From the NCBI RefSeq assembly GCF_009914755.1, contig NC_060927.1: a stretch of DNA of 64,000 bases; one strand, 5' to 3'. Shown piece by piece: positions 25,710 through 37,782 of this stretch (position 1 is the stretch's first letter; each line of letters starts with the position of its first letter). Origin of the DNA: the human T2T-CHM13v2.0 reference genome, Homo sapiens. The notes beneath the pieces are model-generated. The model had not been told where the DNA came from. It saw only the letters and a list, made by a program, of their open reading frames with translations, and did no database searches. The position numbers were made by a program, and so were the translations under genes.

Positions 25710-26732
25710 ACAGCTTACAAAACATAATTTTATTTAAATTTGTATAGATAAAAATCTACCAAAATTTAAACAAAAATTTTATCCAAATCCTTTCCCACAA
25801 CAAAATTGGACATCATGGAAAAAAAAAACACATTCAAATAAGGTTCCCATCTTTCTACCATAAACTGGTAGATTCTGGGAGGATGAGGAGTAAGAGAGAA
25901 ACGAGGAGAGAAGATAGTGATACTAAACACAATTTGATCTTCAGTGTTGTCTCATCTTGAAATATCTTAATAACAGAGATTTCCATAAGAATCAGGATTC
26001 ATTTTTGACACAAAAATGGAAGCTTCCACTCCCAAAATCACAAATAAGGCTTCTGGTTTTCTTTTTAGTGTGAGGTAAACAGTATATTCAATATTAAGGC
26101 AAATGGTAAAAACACATGGATGGTATATTAATGCAGATATTCCATTATTAAATATATTTTGGAATACTCACGGATTTTTCAAACATATGTTAGAATTAGA
26201 AACCTGTAAAATCTGCAGTAGTGTGTAATAGCTATTTGCTTGAATGTCTTAGCAGTGCCTTTTTAGTAGCTAATATGTTCAGTGTAATCTTGTGCCTTTT
26301 TAGTAATTAATATATTAAATATAATCTTGTCTGAGTTTTTAAATGGTCTGTTTTTCTTTTTCATTATGTAGGATTAGATGCCCACCAAAATTCTTGTAAA
26401 TGAAGCAGGACTTGATTTCAAATTCTGTCTATACACACAATATTTGGCCACATAGACCACTCCCCAAAGTCTGCAAAACACTGCCTACTGGGCAGGCTTA
26501 CAGTGACAGAAAAGTATGAGAACACAAGACATTATTTTTATAAAAACTAAAATCAGATTTAGGCTGTCTAGATATCTTATTCCAGAAAACACAGATTTAA
26601 GATTTTTCAGTGATTCTTGCCTTCCCCCTCCCCTTTTCTTCCCCAATGAGATAACCATTTCTTTCACAATGATGAACCATCCCTTTTTATGGAAAAATGG
26701 CTTTCTTTCTCCATTGGATCAGGACAAAGACA
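25710..26732 (-). other. SUCLG2: SUCLG2 canonical 3'UTR (about 1 kb; 3' end approximate)
   Basis: AU-rich sequence without recognisable interspersed repeats between the stop codon and a canonical AATAAA, followed by GU/U-rich downstream sequence. Confidence 0.8.
25729..25734 (-). terminator. Polyadenylation signal (AATAAA) of the canonical SUCLG2 mRNA
   Basis: TTTATT on the plus strand. Downstream on the minus strand lie TGTGTG and a long T tract (about 25650-25705), typical downstream elements. Confidence 0.75.
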
Positions 26733-26848
26733 TCACTTCTTGGCCACACTGGCCACAGCCTTCTTGGCTGCATCCTCCAGGTCAATGGCTGAAGTAATGG
26801 GGAGTCCGCTGTTGTTGAGTATCTTCTGGGCCTCTTGGACGTTGGTTC
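26733..26848 (-). CDS. SUCLG2: SUCLG2 canonical terminal exon, coding part
   Basis: Acceptor tcccccttctag|GAACC. Phase-1 join gives (G)TNVQEAQKILNNSGLPITSAIDLEDAAKKAVASVAKK, then TGA at 26733-26735. This completes the conserved VRLEGTN motif. Confidence 0.97.
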
Positions 26849-27889
26849 CTAGAAGGGGGACAGGGAACAATCACTGAATGAAACTAGAGGTGGCGCCTTA
26901 TGAAGTTTGCACAAGGACACACAAGACTCACCTGTCTACAGCTTTTCACTAGGAAATGAATTAAATATAGGTTCTCATCAAGGTCACTGACAGAAAAGAT
27001 TATGTGATGAAATTTATCTCAAGCTGTGGTCCAGCTAGAAAAGAAGATGAAAGCAAGGGCTTGCAAGAGGGAAATGAACATATTTTACTGATGGAAGCTG
27101 AGTTGTCTGCTGATAATCACAGCCATGTGGATTTAATGCGGTTTTGGCCCATACCAGAAGTCACCCTGTCTTAAAGCCCTCTCGGACGTCATCAGGGGTT
27201 TGGGCTGTGACCTGATTTGAGAAAGGAAGTTCCGAGAATCTGCCCAGCTATGTCCACAAATCCACTGCTTTGGAGACTCTGGCGCATCCAGCATGTCCAT
27301 TTCTGCCTTCTCCTCACTCTATAAAATGAAATGGGCTGAGCCCTTCAAAACGGGCAAAGCAGCCTCTGATGGCAATCTCTTGACTGTTCCTGGTGGATCT
27401 GGAGTATCTTCTGGCCAAGTCACTTCATTCAAAGGTGTGCTTGGGGACTATTTAACATGAGAACTGCTTTTCTGCCATTTTAGAGTGAACAACTCCTGTA
27501 GGAGAAATGTAATAGAATTTAAGTGTCTAATGAAATATCTCATCCTACATCATTTCCTGTGCTTTTATCTAGTTGGCAAGACAGAGCCTATTTATAAACA
27601 AAGACCTTGAAATATAGGCCTTGGAGAACTTGCCTTACCACAAAGAGTGCAGATAAAAACAGGCACTGGGTCAGCACATTTCATATAAAGAGGCAAATGC
27701 TGGATTAAATAGAAATGGGTGGATTGAAAAGATGATGCAGCACTGATTCCCCTGGGACCCTGGGTCTACCCAAGCAGCAGTGAAGATGGCCGCTTGGCAC
27801 TGTGTCTTCACCGTAAGGCTCACCTACTCCTGTTTTTACAGAGGAAGCTGGTGAAAGTCCTCTCTGGAAGGTGAAAGCATAAAATGTGG

Positions 27890-28350
27890 GAAGCTGCTAC
27901 CTAAAATCTCCATGCTGGCTCTGCCATGTACTTGTTATGTAGTTTTGGGTAAATCGTTTAACTTCTTTGAGCCTTAACTTTTGTTTCCATACAGAGCACT
28001 ATCATCCTCGTAATCTTCCCAAGAACTAATATCATTAAGTGCTTATGTATGCCAGGCACAGTGCTAAGTAACTTATACACAGCATATGAAATCTTTACAA
28101 AAACCATGAGTAGTCCTATTGTTCCTATTTTACAGATAAGGCAACTGAGGCACAGAGAAGTTAAATAACTTTTCCATGGTCACAGAGGCGGTAAGTGTCA
28201 GAGATGGGACTTGAACTGTTCTCTGTAATTATAAACGCTGCATGTTCTAAAGATATGCTAGTCTGCTTCCCTACTTGAAAAATGAGGACAGTATAGCTGA
28301 TGGTATAGATTGTGATGAGAAGCAAATGAAATGAGTGTAAAAGCATTTTT
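27890..28350. mobile_element. MIR fragments (approximate)
   Basis: 'cctattttacagataaggcaactgaggcacagagaagttaaataact'. Confidence 0.65.
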
Positions 28351-28368
28351 GTAAATGGTGCAGTATCT

Positions 28369-29132
28369 GTGGCAGGCCTGGCTGGCTTTGCACCACAGAC
28401 TCCTGCTCCTCTTCTGCAGTAGAGTGCTATTGCTGGAAAGCAGCTGCCCAGCCAGAAACTACATTTCCCAGGCCCCCCTGCATCTGGAAGGGGACATGTG
28501 ACTGAGTTCAGGCCAAAGGAATGTCACATGGCCATGACAATCTCCAAAGGGACTCTTCACACTCGGTTTTCCTTGTCTGCTTTCTGGAGTGTTCCTAGCT
28601 GGGGCAGCCCTGGAAGTCACCTTTTTGGTTCTGGTTGTGTTTTGTCTTGCTTTTTGTTTTTGAGATAGGCTCTCGCTGTGTCACCCAAGATGGAGTGCAG
28701 TGGTGTGATCTCAGCTCACTGCAGCCTCAACCTCCGGTGCCCAAGTGATCCTTCTACCTCAGCCTCCCAAGTAGCTGAGACTAAAGGCACACATCACCAC
28801 GCCCAGCTATTTTTTGTATTTTTTGTAGAGATGGGGTTTTTCCACATTGCCCAGGCTGGTCCTGAACTCCTAAACTCAAGGACTCCATCTGCCGTGGCCT
28901 CCCAAAATGCTGGGATTACAGGCATGAGCCCTTGCACCCAGCCAAATCACTTCTTGAAGATGGCAATGACTCCTTCAGCCTGGATACTTTAATAACTCTC
29001 TGGAGCCAAGCATCTTACCCACTCACCCTCTTAGACCTTATGGGAATGAGAAAGACCCTTCTATAATGTTAAGACTCTGAAATTTCTGCATTTTTCTGTT
29101 GTTACAGGAGCTAGCATTATTTTGACTAACAT
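28369..29132 (+). mobile_element. Old MaLR LTR interrupted by a minus-strand AluJ (about 28650-28943)
   Basis: 'actacatttcccaggc...catgtgactgagttc' before the Alu, 'ttgttacaggagctagcatt' after it, and a full reverse Alu between. Confidence 0.7.
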
Positions 29133-29148
29133 ATGACTTTGTAAATGC

Positions 29149-29735
29149 TGTGGAAGGCAGCTTCTAAAATGGTTTTCAAAGATCAATCACTCTTGCCTCC
29201 TGGTAGTCACATCTTTGTAGAATCCGTCCCCCTTGAGTATGATCTGGACCCACAGCCTTACTTCTAATAGATAAGAACATGGCAAAAGTGATGGAGTGTC
29301 ACTTCTGAGACTAGGTTACAAAAGCCTGTGGCTTCAGTCTTGCTCCCTTTAACTCTTTTTTCACTCTGATGAAGCAAACTACCCTGCTATGAGCTGCCCT
29401 CTGGAGAGACTCACCTGGGCAAGGAACTGAGGGCAACCTCTGGCCAATGGCTGATGAGGAACTGAGGCTCTGGGTCTAATAGCCAAGGAGGAAGTGCATC
29501 TGGCCAAGAACCATATAAGGGATCTTGGAAGCAAATTCTTCCCTAGTCAAGCCTTGAGATCACTACAGCTCGGCTGACACTGTGATTGCAGCCTTGTGAG
29601 AGACCCTGAGTGAGAGGATCCACCTAAGCCACACCCAGATTCCTGACCACAGAAACTGTGAGATAATAACTGTTCTTTTTGTTAAGCTGCTACATTTTGG
29701 GGTAATTTGTTAAGTGCTGATAGGTAAGTAACACA
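29149..29735 (+). mobile_element. MaLR LTR (MLT1E/F-like)
   Basis: tgtggaaggcagcttctaaaatgg...cagattcctgaccacagaaactgtgagataata...taacaca. Confidence 0.72.
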
Positions 29736-29835
29736 GATGTAAAAATGTATTATTTCATTAACACAACCTGCGTGCACTTTGATTCATTTGACTGTGGCAG
29801 GTGTTAGATAGCAGGTTAAGGAATTTAGAAACTAA

Positions 29836-30232
<397 letters not shown>

Positions 30233-32024
30233 ATGTGTAAATTTCTATCTCCTCCTGCAGAGACGTAGACTAGGCCCTTCTTCCTCTTCCTTTCTTCTTT
30301 TGAGCACCTTCCAATCTCAATGCAGCTCTAAGACCTCCAGATAGGTGCAGGAGTGGCGCTCCTGATGTCTTCCTCCATTTCAGATCCTGCTCTTTCTGGA
30401 GACTAGTTTTTTACCACGGTTCCCACTTATTCAGATAACTTCTTATTCAGTTTTACCTGAGTTCCTTTGCATGTGTATGGATGAAATGAGCTCTTGATCT
30501 TCTTAATTTTTTGAGATAACTTTAATGAGTTGTGCTTCCTTGCAACCAAGTAATCTAAATAATTTAGTTCCTTAATTAATATCCTCTTTTGCACCCAACT
30601 TAGCACCAGTATTCCCAAGGGAAAAGAAATGATTTAGAAATTCATGAGCACAAAGATGTGCTGGGCCACTGCCCTTGCTGGGCTTTCCACCCAGAGCTCT
30701 GTTGGGCTGACACCTCTCTCCACTGGGCTGACACCCATTCATTCACAAGGCATCTGTTAAATGGTATTTCTTTGGGGATATCTTTCTAATCACCACCTCC
30801 CCATGCCCCAACTAAAGCAGGGGCTGGTACAATGAACTTCTGGAGCACCTTGTATTTCTAAAATCTTACCATGGATGAAGTCTTATTGGGATGACTTACT
30901 GATGCTTCCCTCGTCCCCTCCAAACATCCACTTTCCTTTGTCAGACTTGCTTACTGGATACCTCCCAATATCCGTTAGCTAGCAGTACGTGCTGACCGAC
31001 GGGGTAACTCCAGATGGATTCCCACATACAAAGTGTGCTTGACGAGAAGAGGAGTGGGCGGGTACTTTTTGATAGATCTCCTTGCTGTCCTAACAACCCT
31101 TTCCTATAGGGTTGAAATAGATACCGCAAACTGCTCAAGGTGCAATCAGGAGGGATTTTTTTTTTTTTTTGGAGTCCTCTCACGGTTACCTAGGGGTTTT
31201 GGGAGTGGCTCCTTTTGCTGGGAAGGGCCCAGGAAGAGCTGGCTGTGCTCACTGCCCTGAGTGAGGACTCCAAGCTGTTACCACTTCTCCCAACCTGTAG
31301 CAGCTTCAAGTGCCCCAGACAAGTGAGGCCTTGCTCCAGGCTAACACTGGTGGACAGGGCCAGGGAAGAAAGGGGACGGAGCAGTTTCCCAGAAAACCAC
31401 AACCCTTCTCTCCTCCCAGCTGCTCCTTCAGTGCCATGTGAAAATGCCTAATTGCTTCATAATTCTAGGATCCACAAAAGTGAATTTTAATTATACTTGC
31501 AGTTACACTTTAATTACCACCTTAATTATTAAGCATATACTAGGCATGCTCAGAACTAAGCAGTTTTTGAAGGGATTCTCATATTCAAATATGAAGCTCA
31601 TCTGTTATGAGAAATGGGTCATATGCAGAGCCATCGTGACCAGGTAGAAACTTGTTACAGAAGGGGAAAGGGGGGTAGAGAGAGAGAGAGGGAGATAGAG
31701 AGAGAGAGACAAATGAAGAGAGAGACAAGAGACAGAGTCATGGGGAATAGCTCAAAAAGGAACAGACATAAGAAAAAAGACAGGTAGAGAATAAGAGAAA
31801 GTAAAGGAAAAAAATGAGTTTGCCAAGTGCCTTCCACACCAGCCCCTACCCTGATGCTGGCACCATCTCTTTGCAGCATTCAACCTGGTTTCTCCTTGAA
31901 GGCATAGCTCTACTGCCCACTGACCCTGCCCTTGTCGTTAACTACCACTTGCTTCCTCCTTCCTGTTGAGGGAACAACTGGAAGGGGAGGTGGGGACACG
32001 CAGAGAAGAGGGATTAAAAGGAAA

Positions 32025-32210
32025 CCAGCTGGGCATGGTGGCCTGTAGTCCCAGCTACTCAGGAGGCTGAGGTCAAAGGACCGCTTGAGCACAGAAGGTC
32101 AAGGCTGCAGTGAGCTGTGATTGCACCACTGCACTCCAGCCTGGGCAACAGAGTGAGACCCACTTCTATTTTCAAAATAAATAAATAAATAAATAAAATA
32201 AAATAAAATA
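32025..32210 (+). mobile_element. Alu right monomer (FRAM/AluJ) with (TAAA/TAAAA)n tail
   Basis: agctgggcatggtggcctgtagtcccagctactc...gagtgagaccc. Confidence 0.85.
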
Positions 32211-33485
32211 AAAGTAAAACAGCAGAGAGTGGAAACAGGTTATTGAAAAAGAAAAGGAAGAAAAGAATTAGAGGAAGCCTTGGAAATGACTGTGAGTTTC
32301 TGCATTCCTTTTTTGCAAAATGATATTATTTGAGTATTTAAGGTTATTTTCTTCTTAATTCACCAAGTGTCTGACATCTATTCCCCAACCCTCTCCCTGC
32401 CTTTACTTCTAAATAGAAATTATCATAGCTGCTTTAAACTCTGACATGGAATTAAGTGTTCTAAAGAGTGTTTATGCCTGTGCACAGAATTACAAAGGAA
32501 ATTGATCTTCTTCCCACATTTAAATGGTGCTACTGACATGTTCTAATATTTATTAAATGCTACATTGCTTTTTAATGAGCCTTCAGGACAACACTTTTAA
32601 TAACCACCTGTACAGATAACTGATCAACTCATGCTGGTGGAACCTCAGGCACTTCTTAATATCTGCTTGTTGAGAGCCACTCAGCTAAATGGTTATCTAC
32701 CCACTGCAGGCCTTAAAAATGGAAAATCAAAGGGGAATGAGTTTAAAATGAAATCTTGCTCTACTACTAGGGGATATTATAAATAATAACAATTATTAAA
32801 ATGTTAAAAATTCGTGACCTCCTTGGCATGTTACCAGTGACTTTCTGCCACTGGGTGGAGTAAGAGAGCTGTAAACAAAGATGCAAGGTTAATTTATCAA
32901 AATTTCTTCTTCGCTTTTATTACACACAAGAGAAAATAAAGGTAGTGGGCACATGGTACAGGATTTTGTTCGCAAGGTGCAGACGCCTCCTGCCTTTTAT
33001 CATAAGGCTGTGAAGAAAATCATTTTCCAGTCTGGAAATATGTAGAAACTGTAATTTAAAAGTTATTATTTTAATAGGAATTCAGTTTTTTAAAAAAGAA
33101 TACAGTAGTTAGCACTTATTGAGTACATATTAGGTGCAACAAATGTTTGTTGGATACATGAGTTAAGGGATTTACAAGTATCATGAAACTTAATCCTCAG
33201 AGCAACCCTGCAGTCAACATCATTTTAATCCCCATTTTACAGGAGAGGCAACAAAAACACTGGGAGGCTTCGGAACTGGCCCGACATCCCCAGCAAGTCA
33301 GAGGCTGAGCCAGGACTTGAACCCAGGTTCACCTGAGGGTAAAGCCACATAACCACGCAGCTGGCCTTTAAGTGCTAGAAGGAATTCACTAGAGGAAAAT
33401 GAGGCCCAGAGATGTCAGACAATTTGCTTGGATCAAACAACCAGTTAACCCTGACAGGTCTGATTCTTGGTCTAGTGCTCTGAGT

Positions 33486-33790
33486 CAGGGCTGGCAAGTT
33501 CTAGTTTTTGGGCAAAATTGAGCCAGCTGCCTCTTTTTGTATCACCTTCAAGTTAAGAATAGGGTTTACATTTTCAAATAGCTGGGAGGAAAAAATCACA
33601 GGAACATTTTATGATACATGAAAGTTACATGAAATTCAAATTCCAGCATCCATAAATAACTTTTTCGTGGAACATAGCCAAACTGATTTGCTTCATCAGT
33701 GGCTGTTTGCGCTTTGCAATGGGAGGAGTCAGTCGCTGTGGCACAGACAGTATGGCCTCGAAAGCCTAAAGTATTTGAGTACCTCTGCTG
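33486..33790. mobile_element. MER58B-like DNA transposon (further MER58 copies at about 35325-35540 and 58050-58236)
   Basis: 'catgaaattcaaattccagcatccataaataac...tatggcctcgaaagcctaaagtattt'. Confidence 0.65.
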
Positions 33791-36700
33791 GAAGTAACTG
33801 AGTTTTTTTCTCCCCACTGGGAGAGGGGAATTCAGTGGAAACAAGCCAAATTCTCTAAAGCAGCAAATTCCTCCTCAAATGTCCACTGCTCCTGTACCCT
33901 TGCACCTCCTTCCTTAGTCTCCTTTCAAGTGGCAATTAGATAGAGGAGGTCCATTTTCTTGGTGACCTGTAAATTTAGATAACTTTTCATGTCTCTTTTG
34001 CCTTGTTACTTTATGTCAGAAACAGAATAATTCATTGAGAATCAGAGGCAAAACTTCTGCTATGTCAGCAGCTCTTATTTCTTTGAGATGATATGTGCCT
34101 AATACCTAGCACCGTGCTTGGCAGCCAACAGCATTGGCCATCCATGTGGCCTCAGTCGAGATACTGACAAGGGTTTAGATAATAATAAGGATAGCTAACA
34201 TTTACTGAGCCAAGGACTATTGCAAATTATTTAAAAACTCATCTGCTCCTTACAGCAACCTTATAGAGTTGCCCTATTTTTATTCCATTTTGCAGAGGAA
34301 GAAGCTGAGATTTTAAACCCGGTTCTGTTCCCAAGTAGCTGAACAACCTGGGGAAGTTACTGCAGCTTTGAGGCTTTAGATTTCTCCTTGAATGTGAATC
34401 ATATCTAAATGCTTTGTACCCCTAACATTTTATGAAGATTAAAGATGACATAAGATATTCTGTGTGGCTGTATTGTATCCACACCTAATCTCCTCGATGA
34501 TTTCTTCTCGCACAGTAAGAAGAAATCAACACTCGAGGTGTGAATGTGATAGTTATTCGGACCATCACAGCAGGAGCCCCCAGCTCCAGTGGCAGGAAGC
34601 CAATGGCTAAGTTCTTCTCTACACGGTTTCAAAGAATGGTGTGTATGTGCTATGATCATGCAAGCAAGGTTTAGGATCAAGTCTAACATATTCACTGAGA
34701 GCTGATGCTACGTGCTTATGCTTTCAATTACGTTAACCCTTGAAAAAAAGCAACATAGATACTAAACCAAAGTTAAAGGAGCCTTAATATTAAACAAGAA
34801 TGGAATGAACCCTCTGGCAAGCAAGAACACCTTACACTTCTGTGCTCACCTGCCATCATCTGCTAGGGATAAGACAATTCTTTTAAAGAAGGGATGTTTT
34901 ATACACCCAAACATCTGCATGTGAATTTACCTTTCATGCTTTCCTTGAATCTTCCTCCTAGCTTTCAAGCCATGCATACTCTAATTTACGGATGATTTAA
35001 GAAATTTTCAAAGGTAATTTTAACAGTGTGAGACTTTTGTCAAAAATGCTGACTTTGGTCCACCATTACTGCCTAGGACAGAATCACATTCATCACTGTG
35101 TCACTCAGTGTGATTCTGTCCTTACGTGGGGAAATGACTGAGTGGACCTCATTGCTAATATTTTCCTTGGGAAGAAGTCAGATTCTCAGAGCTTAATATT
35201 GCCTGCCAAATTCTTACTTGACTCTCACGAGACATTTCAGAGCTTAGGGGAAGGGAGATTTAGATAGAGATAACGTGAGGATTTTCCAGAATTCTAGGTC
35301 TTGCTGCTGGCCTCTTTTCTACACTAGGGATCTGCAAGCTATAGCTCACGGACCAAATCTGTTCCACTATCTGTTTTTGTTAAAAAAAGATTACTGTGAC
35401 ACAGCCATGTCCATTCCTCTACCTATTGTCTACTGCTGCTTCAACACTACAATGGCAGAGCTGAGTAATCACAACAGGGAATATACAGTCACAAAGCCTA
35501 AAATCCTGCCCTTTACAGAAAAAGTTTGTAGACCTTTGCTCTATACAATCCAAATTTCTGGCCTTGTGGCTAAAGGGTCAGGTGAAGACAAGAATCATCT
35601 TCATCTGGTGTTTCCCAGCTTGCAGTCCCTACTTCTGACTTGATATAGTGGTAAGCAGCTATATATCTAGGAGAAAAAAACCCACCTATGGTCTCTTTGA
35701 ATTGACAATGGCAAATATTGGCTCGAATTTCCACTCCCTCCACCCCTTCCCACATGTGTGGCTGGAAAGATCATAGAACTCTTTTTCCACTGAGCTGGGA
35801 TATAGCCTCAGAATCTTTCTTGGCACAGCACTGCTCAGGCAGCCACTGCCAATAAAGAGAAGGTGGCATGAGATGAAAGCTGTCTTCCCTCATCTGAAAC
35901 ATTTCTCATGAAGTCTTTCCCCATAGGTAGTTCTGCCTCAGGACAGCCTCAAGGTGGCGCTCTCTGGAAGAGTCTCAGCGGGACACACTTAGCGTCTATA
36001 AGACACTACAGACTGAATCACCTGTAAGTCTCGTCCTGATAGCAATGTGCTCGCTCGCTCTTTTTGATGGCTCATCAAATATGACTTTCAAGTGGAAATT
36101 GAGTCAGGAAGAAATGAACTGACTAGTCACTCAGAAGATACCCGAGAGCACGCAGTGGTGTTCTGACACTATAAGGCAGCACTTAGGATATGCGAGTCCT
36201 GGTACCTGCCCAGTTTTAAAACCTCTCCTTATAAAAATGGCCACACCCACAGCTGCTGCTCAGGGAAGCAACTTCAGGCTCTTGTTCCTGAAGGGATGAC
36301 CACTGCCTAGAGTGGGGCAGCTACCCGACCAAAGGCAGCCCACTCCTGGGGCAGATAAGACCTGTGATGTGCACTGGGGGATGTTTCCTTCCATGCAGAG
36401 GGACAGTCATTAGTGTAACCCCTCCTGTTCTCTTTGCCTATCACTGGCTCCATCCGGGAGTGGTGATGGTGTAGGGAGCTGACTGAATATTTGAATGGAG
36501 AAAGTTGGCATGGGTAGTCCCGCCCCTTCCTCTGGCCTTCCTTTTAGGGATATGCCACTCAGAGTGAGTCCAGGTCATCCTCTGCTCCTTGGGTTCCACC
36601 CTGGGATGGAAGGTACACTGAAGTCTAGTGGAGCCTGTGACTGGGTTTACAAAGCTGCCTAATTCTGGGGCTTAGAGTAAGGAAGCTCACTGGTGGTCAC

Positions 36701-36966
36701 ACAATAAGGTGCATCCTCCAACTACTTCTTTTTTCTTTGGTGATGAAGGTAATACTTTTGTTTCCTCAGTCTATTTTATTTCTTACTGGGATCAGAACCC
36801 AGGTGGAAAAGGATCTGTTGGGCCTCTTCAAAGACCCTAACCCCAAGGCTTGGCTGGATGGGCTGTGAACAATGGGAGCAGTGGCTATTAGGTAAGCTAA
36901 TTAGGTTGGCTACCTATGGGATCTGGACTTTTAAGGAACACCGTGGGATCAGGATGGCCTTCCTGA

Positions 36967-37331
<365 letters not shown>

Positions 37332-37431
37332 TAACAGACACTTTAATATGATAACTATCCAAAAGTCTTGTACACTTCATCAACAAACTCAGATTACTAT
37401 ACTCAAGCAGCCCCACTGAGTCAACATCTAC

Positions 37432-37782
37432 TGTATTAGTCTGTTCTCACGCCGCTAATAAAGACATATCCAACACTGGGTAATTGATAAAGGAAAGGGG
37501 TTTAATTGACTCAAAGTTCCACATGGCTGAGGAGGCCTCACAATCGTGGTGGAAGAGCAAGGGATGTCTTACATGGTGGCAGGCAAGAAAGGGCATGTGT
37601 AGGGGAATTCCCCTTTGTAAAACTACCAGATCTTGTGAGGCTTATTCACTATCAGGAGAACAGCATGGGAAAAACCCACCACCATGATTCAATTATCTTC
37701 CACAGGGTGCTGCCCACAACACGTGGGGATTATTACAATTCAAGATGAGATTTGGGTGGGGACACAGAGGCAAGCCATATCA
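37432..37782 (-). mobile_element. THE1 solo LTR
   Basis: tgtattagtctgttctcacg...aagccatatca, 351 bp, TSD tctac/tttac. Confidence 0.9.

Noticed and set aside
26255-26328. CRISPR-like array from the 37-nt (or the 57-nt) repeats
   Set aside because: Only two adjacent diverged units, no spacers, no cas genes, and a mammalian context.
26730-26735. Programmed stop-codon readthrough of SUCLG2
   Set aside because: The context is TGA-TGT, not the TGA-CTAG readthrough motif.
26883-26896. CTCF motif in the 83-nt mini-intron
   Set aside because: Only the AGGTGGCGC half matches (about 10/14), which is too weak to call.
32400-33060. Repeat-poor stretches (also about 41500-41900 and 58450-59250) as conserved enhancers
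   Set aside because: Absence of recognisable repeats is not evidence of function, and conservation cannot be assessed from this sequence alone.
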